A stretch of DNA of 63,951 nucleotides, the filler included, from Octopus bimaculoides (taxonomy: Eukaryota), in NCBI RefSeq assembly GCF_001194135.2. It is 11 parts of 9 records of this genome, joined end to end, with 100 filler letters (N's around TTAATTAATTAA, not from the genome) between each part and the next. Parts side by side here need not be neighbours in the genome. Positions count along the whole stretch, not along the records: positions 22,416 to 27,043 come from NC_069001.1; positions 27,144 to 45,970 come from NC_068995.1; 9 more parts are not named here. One strand, given 5' to 3'. The notes under the pieces were generated by a model. The model had not been told where the DNA came from. It searched no databases and saw nothing but the letters and a program-made list of their open reading frames with translations. The position numbers were made by a program, and so were the translations under genes. Shown here piece after piece: positions 26,152-38,211 of the stretch. Numbering within the stretch: the stretch's first letter is position 1; each line of letters opens with the position of its first letter.

Positions 26152-26946
26152 AGGTGCTGGGTGTTTTGTGGTTGTTTGTGGGTGACGTTAGCTTTTGAAA
26201 AAGTGCTGAACGTGGAAGCGTCTTTTCATTTCATTGATCGATTATTGTTGTGATAATTGTTGTTGCCGTTGTTTCTTGTTGTTGCTGTTTTATTTTTATG
26301 GCTTCACACATACAAACACACCCACACACACACACACACATAGTTATCTGGTGCTTTAGTTCTGTAGTTCAATAGTTCTTTAGTTCTTGCAATTTAGACC
26401 CCAACAAAGTTTAACAACAATAAAACTACAAACAGAAGAATGAGAAGCAGTAAATAAAATTATTTCTTCATTTATACCTTTTGCATTCATTCTATTTATG
26501 CACGTATATATATTTATTTTATTTTATTATGTAGGCATGTGTGTTTGTATATACGTATGTACAGACACACACACACACACACACATACACATGCACACAC
26601 AAACATATATTTGTATGTATTTACATGTCACTGAATCTGTTTTCTGGTCTGTGTCAATTCTATCTTGCTGTATTGTATATTTACCGCAAACACCAGTCAT
26701 TACCAGCGCTACCACCACCACCTCTAGCACCACCACCAGCACCACCAGCACTAGCATTGCCACCTCGAACAACCAAAAACCACCATCACTACCACTACCA
26801 CTACCACAGCCACCAATATCACCTAAGACCGCCACTACCCAAAACCACCACCACCGCTACCACTAAAACAACAACAACAACAGCAATAACAATAGTATAT
26901 CCACCTTCACCATCATCATCATCATATCATCATCACCATTATCATC

Positions 26947-26977
<31 letters not shown>

Positions 26978-27428
26978 CCGCCGTTTAATAGAAGTGCGAG
27001 TGCAGGTGTTGCTCGACTAGCCCCTTAGGTTAGCCTCACCCCCNNNNNNNNNNNNNNNNNNNNNNNNNNNNNNNNNNNNNNNNNNNNTTAATTAATTAAN
27101 NNNNNNNNNNNNNNNNNNNNNNNNNNNNNNNNNNNNNNNNNNNGTGGCGGTGGTGGTGTTGGTGATGGTGATGATGGTCGTTGTAGTCGTAGTGATAGTA
27201 GTGGTGACGTCGCTCTTATTATGAAGGTAATATTGCAGCTGCAGTGGTGGTGACTGATGTTACTCTGGTGTGGCTGCAGTTGTTAAAGAAATGAGGTTGT
27301 TTATGTCGTTGTTGTTGCAATTGTTTTTAGTGCTATTTTATTGTGATGGTCTTTATGTTGTTGATGTTGATGTTGTTTTCTGCTTTTATGGTGATGTTAG
27401 AGTGACTTTCATCTCTCCTCTTTTTCAG

Positions 27429-27487
27429 ATATCTTTACCAATACAATCCCATCCTACAGGGAGCTCCTGTCAGGAGCGGCTTCAATG
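27429..27487 (+). CDS. Probable internal exon of an unidentified gene
   Basis: Strong acceptor ctttcatctctcctctttttcag and donor ATG|gtaagg, 59 nt. All three frames are open. The frame YLYQYNPILQGAPVRSGFN (phase 2 to 1) has coding-like C/G third positions. Confidence 0.6.
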
Positions 27488-27874
27488 GTAAGGTAATGCA
27501 GTGCATGTTCGAGAAATATTTCCCTTCCAAACAAGAATAAAACGGGGAAAAATAAAGTAATCTGGTTTACTGTACCATATAAGGAATACAACCAGGAACA
27601 CTCTATTTCTATTGATATAACACTTACAACAAATACACTAATAAAATAACATTTCAACGCTTCTAACGTCAAAGTCAGCTACATATGCCAGCACAACATA
27701 GTTTATTAATCGCTCACTACAGAGGTAAGACACAAGTATACAAACCCCGCATTAACAGGTAAATTGTAACTGTCTAAATCCCGTTACGAGTCCACTAGTG
27801 GGATACTGTCTTTCTAAATTAGTGATTCATTAAGTTGCTATAATACTATTGGTTGGTTTTAAAATTATGTGTAC

Positions 27875-28255
27875 GTGGAGCCGCAACGGTCCAGTGGTTA
27901 GAGCAGCGGACTCGCTCTCGTAGGATCACGGTTTCGATTCCTAGACCGGGTGTTGCGAGTGTTTATTGAGCGAAAACACCTAAAGCTCCACGATGTTCTG
28001 GCAGGGGGTGGTGGCAAACTCTGCTGTACTCTTTCACCACAACTTTCTCTCACTCTTCTTCCTGTTTCTGTTGTACCTGTAATTCAAAGGGGCAGCCTTG
28101 TCACACTCTGCGTCACGCTGAATCTCCCCGTGAACTACATTAAGGGTACACGTGTCTGTGGAGTGCTAAGCCACTTGCACGTTAATTTCACGAGCTGGCT
28201 GTTCCGTTGATCGGATCAACTGGAACCCTCATCGTCGTAACCGACGGAGTACCAA
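27875..28255 (+). mobile_element. tRNA-derived SINE (family C), full length
   Basis: Head GGAGCCGCAACGGTCCAGTGGTTAGAGCAGCGG...GGTTTCGATTCC has A- and B-box-like motifs, and the 3' end is CCGACGGAGTACCA. A related copy lies on the minus strand at 37657-37965. Confidence 0.8.
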
Positions 28256-28946
28256 GTGCGTGTATGACGTTGAATTATATGGGTGTGTACTATGAGGATG
28301 TTATATATAACTGGATTGGACTATATATATATATATNNNNNNNNNNNNNNNNNNNNNNNNNNNNNNNNNNNNNNNNNNNNNNNNNNNNNNNNNNNNNNNN
28401 NNNNNNNNNNNNNNNNNNNNNNNNNNNNNNNNNNNNNNNNNNNNNNNNNNNNNNNNNNNNNNNNNNNNNNNNNNNNNNNNNNNNNNNNNNNNNNNNNNNN
28501 NNNNNNNNNNNNNNNNNNNNNNNNNNNNNNNNNNNNNNNNNNNNNNNNNNNNNNNNNNNNNNNNNNNNNNNNNNNNNNNNNNNNNNNNNNNNNNNNNNNN
28601 NNNNNNNNNNNNNNNNNTCCTACGACAGCGAGTTCGCTGCTCTAACCACTGGGCCGTTGCGGCTCCACGTACACATTAACATATAGTATAGCATACATAC
28701 AATTGCATGCATATCGACTATATTCAACCTCACGCACATAAAAGCACACAAAAAAGGATACCTTATATACCACACATGAACACGCATAAAATTCAACCGC
28801 ATGTACATCTACATATGAAAAACATACATTCAACATACTGAAAACACATATACACGCAGACGTGAACACGATGTTCAGCACTATGTACGAGACATAGTAT
28901 TTAAAACACACATGCATCTACATACATATATACATACATACATACA

Positions 28947-29164
28947 TACAATTTAATCTATCGTGCACACAAACGCATTCATATAATATACCCTGACACC
29001 CCTATAGAGAACATAAAATGAACTCTTCTGTCAGTGGAGGAACAGATATACATATATTGATACAATTTAATCTATAGTGCACACACACACACATTCATAT
29101 AATATACCCTGACACCCCTACAAGCAACATTAAATGAACTCTTCTGTCAGTGGAGGAACAGATA
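28947..29164. repeat. Tandem duplication of a ~114-bp unit (2 copies)
   Basis: TACAATTTAATCTAT...GAACTCTTCTGTCAGTGGAGGAACAGATA occurs at 28947-29048 and 29061-29164. Confidence 0.85.
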
Positions 29165-29642
29165 CAGTTGTTGGTTGGCTAATTAAGTTAAGTGGTTTCA
29201 AACGTGGGCTTCGTGGTTTTGCTTGATCAAAGTGCTGACTAACAATAACGGTCAGATGACCGATTTATTTCAATCATTCCAACATGCTCTCCCTCCTTTT
29301 ATTCCAATCACCCCCCTCTCTCTCTCTTCCTCTCCGAGCTTGCCCATCCATCTATCTGCCTATCTATTTATCTGTCTATCAATATATCTCTTATTTTATC
29401 TTTTTTTTCTATCAACGCTTCTCTCACTACTTCTCTATCTATGCGTCTCCTTCTCGAAGCATCTCTCATATCTATTTCCTTTCCTTTCATACCCTCTCCC
29501 CTTCTTCATTTTCTTCGCTCCTCTCTCCATTTCTCTATTTCTCTGTTTATTTATCTACCTATTTATCTATCTACCTGCCTATCAATCTGTTTTGTCATAA
29601 GCTTCTCTTACCTCCATTTATTTCATCTTCGCCATCCTCGTG

Positions 29643-29701
<59 letters not shown>

Positions 29702-30322
29702 ATCTATATATATATATATGTAAATATATATNNNNNNNNNNNNNNNNNNNNNNNNNNNNNNNNNNNNNNNNNNNNNNNNNNNNNNNNNNNNNNNNNNNNN
29801 NNNNNNNNNNNNNNNNNNNNNNNNNNNNNNNNNNNNNNNNNNNNNNNNNNNNNNNNNNNNNNNNNNNNNNNNNNNNNNNNNNNNNNNNNNNNNNNNNNNN
29901 NNNNNNNNNNNNNNNNNNNNNNNNNNNNNNNNNNNNNNNNNNNNNNNNNNNNNNNNNNNNNNNNNNNNNNNNNNNNNNNNNNNNNNNNNNNNNNNNNNNN
30001 NNNNNNNNNNNNNNNNNNNNNNNNNNNNNNNNNNNNNNNNNNNNNNNNNNNNNNNNNNNNNNNNNNNNNNNNNNNNNNNNNNNNNNNNNNNNNNNNNNNN
30101 NNNNNNNNNNNNNNNNNNNNNNNNNNNNNNNNNNNNNNNNNNNNNNNNNNNNNNNNNNNNNNNNNNNNNNNNNNNNNNNNNNNNNNNNNNNNNNNNNNNN
30201 NNNNNNNNNNNNNNNNNNNNNNNNNNNNNNNNNNNNNNNNNNNNNNNNNNNNNNNNNNNNNNNNNNNNNNNNNNNNNNNNNNNNNNNNNNNNNNNNNNNN
30301 NNNNNNNNNNNNNNNNNNNNNN

Positions 30323-30395
<73 letters not shown>

Positions 30396-30750
30396 CACGC
30401 AACAGACTAGACTGTTGGAAAAGAAAAAATCCTAACATCGGGCTACAACAAGTAACCTTAGATGCCAAGAACCCTCCTAAGTACCCTAGCTGTTCCTAAT
30501 AACACTGTTTTCTGCACCTGTACTAAACTGGGTTTTATGCCTACTTCCTCTATGAATCTGTTCAGATCTTTAGTGATAGTTCCCAATGCACCTATAACTA
30601 CTAGGATTCATTTTACCCGCACTTTCCATAGCCTCTGCAATTAAATAGCCAGGTCCTGGTACTTTGCTATTTTTTCTATACTTCTCATATAAATGTTTTC
30701 ATCATTTGGGACTGTAAAGTCAATTACCTGGCACTTTCTATTCGCTATGT

Positions 30751-30808
<58 letters not shown>

Positions 30809-30860
30809 CGATATCTCGTTTGACTTCAACTGGTTCAAAAAAATAAATTTGTCAATCTAC
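30396..30860 (-). mobile_element. R4/Dong/HERO-like LINE, REL endonuclease 3' end followed by (TAA)n
   Basis: KRDI[V]nDIANRKCQVIDFTVPND...EKIAKYQDLAI*LQRLWKV..VIIGALGTI...QKTVLLGTARVLR is a PD-(D/E)xK REL domain. The 3' end abuts an (AAT)n tract. Confidence 0.85.
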
Positions 30861-30870
30861 TTCATTTTGG

Positions 30871-31033
30871 TTAATATAGAAAGGATTGAGGTAACTCCTC
30901 CTGAAGATGTAGAATCAAAATTAAAAGAAGAGTGCCATTGTCGAAATATCGTTCACTAGATAAAAAATGGCACTCTTCTTTTAATTTTGACTCTATATCT
31001 TCAGGAGGAGTTACCTCAATCCTTTCTATATTA

Positions 31034-31034
<1 letters not shown>
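30871..31034. repeat. Near-perfect 69-bp inverted repeat with a 26-nt spacer
   Basis: Arms at 30871-30939 and 30966-31034 are reverse complements with 2 mismatches. Confidence 0.95.
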
Positions 31035-31092
<58 letters not shown>

Positions 31093-31774
31093 CAGAATGT
31101 TTAGCGCATCGGACGAAATGCTTAGCAGCTTTACTTCCGGTCACTTATGTTCTCGGTCCGATTACTGCCGCGGTCCAAATTTGCCTTTCATTCTTTCAGG
31201 GTTGATGATAGAATATAGTACCAGTAAAGAATTGGATTGGCGTAATCGACTTGTTCTCCTCCAAGAAAAAATTGCTGGCATTGTGCCAAAATTAGAAACA
31301 GAAACACTCATTATTATAATAATCTTTCGAGACGTTAGTTTATTTTTTCCTCTTTTACTCTTCGTTGCTGCACCTGACAGTTTGACAGCTCCACAAATTC
31401 TAAATAATGCCATCGTTTCAAAATAGATGAAACGGTATTTTTTTTTCCTTTGTATTGATAGATAACAAGACTTCTGAACAAATGGCACTTCATGTTTTGA
31501 CCACAATAAGCGAGGTGTGAGATATTTTTAACATTTTCTGCTTCTGTTTGATGATTTGTAAACAGTGATGTCCAAAATAACGCCAAGCGTGTGCCCCAGA
31601 AACACAGAAAACAGAAAATGCTGAGAGGGCAGACATCTTTTATGTTTTATCTTTTATGTCTTATTTGTTTCTGGCATTAGACTGCGGCCATGCTGGAGCA
31701 CCGCCTTGAAGAATTTTTAGTAAAATGAATCGACCGAAGTACTTTTTATTTTATTATTTACATTATTTACATTA

Positions 31775-31912
31775 TTTACATTCGACGGATATTTGTCCTC
31801 ATCTTGTTCGCTGTTAACACAACGTTTCGGGTGATATACCCTCCAGCCTTCATCAGGTGTCTTGGGGAAATTTCGAACCTGGGTTCTAATTCCTAATGTA
31901 TTTTTCGATGTT
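31775..31912 (-). mobile_element. Penelope-like pLTR fragment
   Basis: Contains a minimal hammerhead motif and ends in (AATGTAAAT)n on the minus strand. A shorter copy at about 8412-8458 is truncated before the ribozyme. Confidence 0.65.
31816..31861 (-). ncRNA. Minimal type I hammerhead ribozyme motif (Penelope type)
   Basis: GACAC-CTGATGA-A-GGCTG(GAGGGTATAT)CACCC-GAAA-CGT-T-GTGTT. Stem I is GACAC/GTGTT, stem III is the palindrome ACGT, the cleavage triplet is GUU, and stem II has one mismatch in this copy. Confidence 0.7.
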
Positions 31913-32046
31913 ATTATTATTATTATTATTGTTGTTGTTGTTGTTGTTGTTGTTCAAGTCACGGCTTGGAATCGAACTCGGAATCTTGGAGTTAAGAGCG
32001 TAGTGGTTAAGAGCGTAGTGGATAGGCATTGATAAGGATACATATA

Positions 32047-32140
<94 letters not shown>

Positions 32141-32897
32141 TGCATGTATGTATATGTTCAAATGCTTATATTGTATTCAATATTGAAATGGTTAAGAGGT
32201 TTCACACGAGTAAATTTACGTTATAAACAAAAAGAAGATCCTTTGAGGGATTTAATTAACATGGATAAAAGAAAGTAAATATTCACATTTTTATCAAAAT
32301 ATACTACTGGTTTCAATCGTTAGAAAAGAAGATTTAGTCATGTTGAAATAAAATGGAAAATAAACTGTAAGAAATATGTGTGCATATATATTTGTATGTG
32401 TATACATACGTATAGATATATACATATACTCATATATGTGTATGTGTATTTGTGTACACGTATATACATGCATAAATTTATGCATATATCTATATGTCTA
32501 TGTATGTATTAATTTTTTGTTTAGATATATGTTTATATATCCACATACATAGAAGCGGTACATGCGTATATATACAAATCCACACTTTTTCCCAGAAATA
32601 TGCCCATGATATCGCACACCTACACACACACACACATTTATAGACACAAATATACATTCAATCATATATACGAATACATACACACAAGGAAATGAAGAAC
32701 ATGTCTTCACACATGCATCATTGTTAGTTGCAGAGTGCAGTAGTTGAGTTGAGTTGATAAGAAAGCCAGCTTTTAAACTTGTGACTCGTGGGTCAATGAC
32801 ATTTGTGTCACCCAAGGCGCCGCTATTTGCCTTTAAGCAATACACTTAACTCAGTTTCGCTTGCATAAAACACTTTACACCTAATTAATTAACTCAC

Positions 32898-32980
32898 TCT
32901 TCTTCTTCTTCTTCTTCTTCTTCTTCTTCTTCTTCTTCTTCTTCTTCTTCTTCTTCTTCTTCTTCTTCTTCTTCTTCTTC
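32898..32980. repeat. (CTT)n microsatellite
   Basis: Direct reading. A second (CTT/CTC)n tract lies at 45838-45970. Confidence 0.95.
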
Positions 32981-33539
32981 CATTCTGTTGTATTTTGGTA
33001 GACTGATGTTTGTCATTTGTTTAGTTTATCCTTTGTGTCGCCTGCTATATTCACATTCATATATATCGTCTGTTTCTTTGATTTTGATATTTTTTGTGTC
33101 GTCTGCTAGTTAGTTTCATTACCATTTATTATTTCCCTTTGTTTTTTTCCTTCTGTTTATTTGGTTACTTTATTTCAGTGCGTACGTATGAAGACCGTTT
33201 CAATTTTTCATTTTTTGCGCCATTTTTCCTTCCATTTCTTTTTTCATTATGACTGCTTATTTGATTTATTCTTTCGTCGTCTGCTTATATCATTCTTAAA
33301 AATCATTTTAATACACTCTGACGGCTCATAATGTAATTGATATTTCTCTGTAACTCCAAAAGTATTTGTCACACAACTATCTAACCACTTCTCTCTCCCC
33401 ACCCTCTCTCATTTTTGAGCCGCTTGTCTAATAACGCTATTATTGATAGAGCTTAGTTTCTTCCGCGAACTCAGTTATTGACGACGGAATTTGAACACAG
33501 GTTCTCTAAATAAGAGATGCATTTCTATCAAGGTACCTC

Positions 33540-33760
33540 TTGTTTTTTGTTGTTTGTTTTTTTTTCGTGTGTGATGGGAATGCAGTTAAGTGGATTAACG
33601 ACATTGTACACACAAGCATCCTATATAGTCCTCTCTTATCATCAAATAACTGCGAAAATGAGTTGATTGCAGTATGCCGTGATTGAGTAGATATTGTCAA
33701 AAGATTTTCAGTCGTGACTCTCCTGTCTTTTTGTATAACAAGGATTGTCTTCTTCAAGCA
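33540..33760 (-). mobile_element. Possible very old mariner transposase remnant
   Basis: LVIQKDRRVTT...GLYRML.C resembles the mariner I..DRR.T..E...LG..KVCARWVP segment. The match is weak. Confidence 0.3.
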
Positions 33761-35121
33761 GAGCTACAAATTTCATTTTTTTTTTTACTGCTGCTACTTC
33801 TGCTGATCCTACAGCTGTATACTACGCAAAATCGGTGACCTGAGAGATACCTGTCTGTCAAACAATATTTTCTTGTTGTCTAGCCCAGATCATCCGTTGT
33901 CGGGAAGACTTCTGATCAAAGGTAGTATATATCCATGACCATTCTATCTCATTATTTTTGGTGACATCTATGTAAACATTATCTAATGTAACATTCCATT
34001 ACCTTTTATAAGAAGTTCAGTTATTATCTGAGGGAAATTTTGTAACTATTTCTTGCAAATCCTTGGTCGATGGCGTACGAGAGTCGTTTTTTTTTCTTTT
34101 TTTTTGGTATGAGAAGTTCCGTCTTCATGTTGTACCGTTTCTTATTGTGGTGCTCAATATTCAGTATAAGAGTCGCAAAATTTGCGGTTGCTAATAAATG
34201 TATAAGCAATGTGCCTGATTGGAAAATACATTGTGTTAGTGAACATGTAGACTATAGGTTCAAATCCAGTCCTGAACGACGCTTCGCTGGTTTTCTACAA
34301 CTGAACTCTCCATAAAATCTATCGGTTCAATGCAAAACTTTCGATTTCTCTATGCCAACAAAAGTGCAACGCTATATATTTATTTTGTGATTTTTATATC
34401 ATTGCATCGCTAAGTGCCTTGTGTGACATACTTCGCTGAGGAGGTCAGAACAAAACTAAATCAGGATTAGAATCATCTCCTTTTATGGCATGGAAAATAG
34501 CACTAATGTTTATTTCTTGTTTATTTTTCGTCATCACATATTCAGTTTTAAACAAAATGTCTTTGCTCTAAGAATAAAACATATTAACACTATTTTAATT
34601 ATTTAATCCTCCATGCATTAAATATTTTAATAGGAAATTATCAGTTTAGACGAATTAATTACAGTTATCCATACAATGATATGCTAACACCATATTAACT
34701 ATTAATTAAGGCTGATTAACTTTCTGTAATGATATGTCAGATATTCGAGTAGTGAGGCAAAAAGAAATTAGCGTCTGGACATTGAGCAAAATTGGTGATG
34801 GATATGTAAAGTAGAATAAATAAAGAAATGAGAAAAGGTTTGAGGCTAAGACAGGGAGAGAATTTTTCAAAATGGAAGGCAAACTAAGATACTGAGACGT
34901 TACATGGTGGAGTGGGGGGGGAGCATGATGCAGCTGTGTGTCGGTGTGTTTGTGTGTTTGTAACGATGCGCGTCAAGTTCATTTTTTGCAATTATTTTAA
35001 TCAACCTTAAATTGACAGGAATATTTTTCATTTAACCTCAGCGATGGACACAAACGTACGGAGACACACGCCTCCTCCCACACACATAAAGCGGTATATA
35101 TACATATGTATGTAAATAATG

Positions 35122-35212
<91 letters not shown>

Positions 35213-35580
35213 ATACGTATATGAATATGCATATACACACACACATATATATACATACATATATACACATACATCCATACATACATATACATATGTACCC
35301 AAACACATAAATATCCACATAGAAATATATGTTTATATACGTACAAATATCTGAATACATGCGTGCTTGCATTTCTTATTGTTGTTGAGTTTCATCTTCT
35401 TAACCATAACTTTATTAGACGAAGATGACGATGATGATGATGATGGTGATGATGATGATGATGATGATGAAGACAACTGTGGTGGTATTAGTGGTGGAGG
35501 TTGTGGTGATGTTGGTGATGATATAGAGACGATGCAGTAATCTCAACAACAACAACAATGATAATAACTACCTCCACCAT

Positions 35581-35620
<40 letters not shown>

Positions 35621-36619
35621 GTTGCTGCGAATATCATCAGTAACAACAGCTACAACGATAACAGTAACAACAACCATAGCCTAAAACGCTCGAAAAATGG
35701 AAGAAGAGATACGATACAAAAACAGAAAGTAATAATAATAATTTGTAATTTAAACAGGCGTCAGTTCATTTTTTTTTTTTTTGTGTTGCATTTTTTTTTT
35801 TTTTTTTTTTTTGCTGTGATGGTGAGGGAAAAATTGATAACTTTCCTTTATTTTTTTTTTCTATTGTGTCCATCCCAAACGTTTTAGTCCATCCCAACAA
35901 CATCGTTCAGTCTCCCAGTCTATGACGACGTCATCCATCTCCATGATGGACGACGTCTGTTCAAATGGTGCTATATATTTAACAATATGAATTTATTACC
36001 TATCACCACTTAAAGTTTGCTGGGCTTGTTGACCGTTTCTTTTTTTTTAATTTGCAAATATAGATGAAACAAAAAATATAATTAAACCAAAAAGAAGTTT
36101 ACTCATCGCGTTCTCTCCCCATATTTGCTACCACTGCCCTCATACCGCCAGACGTTCATTAACTGACCCTAACCTGTCTGCCTATATCGTGTGGGCAACG
36201 GCGTAAGCAGACAGCCTGTGTGGTTAGGTGCGCACTTAATCGTTAAATCTGCTTAAAACCAGCAATCAAATTTCATTAAACTTACACTTTATCGTTCTAA
36301 AGGAAGGACACATAAGATAATATTGGTTTCAAACTTTGGCACATAGACCCAAGTACTTGACTGGTACTTATTTTCATTACTGCTACTTGTTTTCATTATT
36401 TTGTTTGTTCGTCTATCGACATGTACATTGCTCCCGTAGGTTTGTTATAATACTACTGTTACACAAAGTTATATCTTGCACATTTGTTATTGATTTACAG
36501 GTAAACTAACCAGGACCTTAGGGAGCTGATTAGTTTTCTTCATCTGTAACCCTTAGGAGATAAATTGGGGCTTTTTTTTTAGCAAAGAAGCCCCTCTTTC
36601 TTTGTTTAAAAGCAGAAAG

Positions 36620-36688
36620 ATGGCGAACGAAGATTGTTTGTCCGTTGAAAAGAAGAGCCAGCTATCAGCGGAACAGAAAAGTGAAATT
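36620..36688 (+). CDS. Possible first coding exon of an unidentified gene
   Basis: aaagATGGCG (good Kozak/YY1-like context) opens MANEDCLSVEKKSQLSAEQKSEI|gtaaat. The downstream part of the ORF-track entry is SINE-derived. Confidence 0.25.
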
Positions 36689-38211
36689 GTAAATATCAGC
36701 AACAGCGGTACCAACAACAGCAACAACAAAATCGACCTACCCCACCCCGAAATTGCTGGCTGTGTGCCAAAATTTGAAATCATTATTAATGAGGCAGCGA
36801 GCTGGCAGAACCGTTAGCAATCTGGGGAAAATGCTTAACGGTATTTCGTCAATTTATACGTCCTGAGTTCAAATTTCATCTAGGTCGGTCAACGATCGAA
36901 TCCAAATTCTGTGAATGCTTTGAACTGTTCCGCAGATTCCATTTGCCAAACAGGGAATATATTTAACTATATTGCGTAATGCGTGATGTATTTTTGATCA
37001 TAAATAATTTAATAAGCGCTTAAATTCGTGTTCTTAAAGTTTTAAAATACCCGAATATTTTTAGTTTAATTACTGCAGAGTAAATAAAATGACTGAACTA
37101 TAGCAATACGAGAGAGATATCAAATTAATATACAGGCTTGGAAAAAGTAGAAAAAAATGGCAAAGAGAGAAAAAAATTAACAGACTGAAATAGTTATGTT
37201 TGCAATACACAGAACAACAATTGTAAAAATAGTAAAAGATGAGAGAAAAGAATTTAAAACATAGGGAAATGTAGATTGAGATAAATTTGATTCGTTCTGA
37301 TAGACCCAGACGTACGTACAATTTAGGCATAGACAGGCAGTTCTTAGCTTTAATTGGCGCCCAATTCATAAATATACTCTTGTTTAATTACAGGAATTAA
37401 AATTCAAATTGAATTCACTGGAAAGGTTATTTTGAAGCAATGAATGAAAATAACCGTAATTTATATGTAGAAATAGATTATATTGTCAAGCTAAAAAATA
37501 TATTTAGATTAATTATGAAATTATAATATACCGAATCAGAACTATAACGACATATTTATTATAGATTGTAAATTAACTATTAAAAAAAATCAGTTAATAA
37601 AATCATTAAATAAATTACATATACATCATTTCTAAAGTAGAAAAAGTGGTAAGATAACTGGTACTCCGTCGGTTGCGATAACTTGTGTTTTAGTTGAACC
37701 GATCAACGGAACAGCTTGATCGAGAAATTTAAATTTACGTGCAAATGGTTGAACATCCACAAACAAGCATACCCTTAACATAGTTCTCAGGAAGATTCAG
37801 CGAGACACAGAAATACGAGTACAGCTAATTTCTGTCAGCTGAGTTGACAGGAGCAACGTGAAATAAAGCGTCTTGCTTAAGGATACAACGCTCCGCCGGT
37901 TATCGAACTCATGAGCTTACGATTGCGAACAGAATGTCCGTAACCATTAAGCCACAGGCCTTCACGGGATGGATGATGCGTGGTATGTAAAATGATGTCT
38001 TACATAATAACAAAGACAAATAAATATTTTAGCGTATAAAACTATACAATTTATTTTATACTATTTTTGTTTCTTCTCTATGCTGTCAATTTTCTGAACA
38101 TCTCAATTAAACTGCCTTCATTCCTGATTGGCTGATTGTATACCAGACTACTTTCATATTTGAATTAGCGATATATTCTTTGTTTTGATTTTTCTTATGT
38201 TGTGATATACT

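Noticed and set aside
27868-28675. Inverted copy of the SINE C head at 28618-28675 forming a large inverted repeat
   Set aside because: It begins directly at a gap edge. A second SINE copy or a misassembly explains it without a new element.
30901-30955. CTGAAGA...CGAAATAT in the long hairpin as a hammerhead
   Set aside because: No stem II forms between the cores and there is no stem I complement.
32790-32802. GGGTCA-A-TGACAT as an IR1 nuclear-receptor element
   Set aside because: A match with these mismatches is expected about once by chance in this much sequence.
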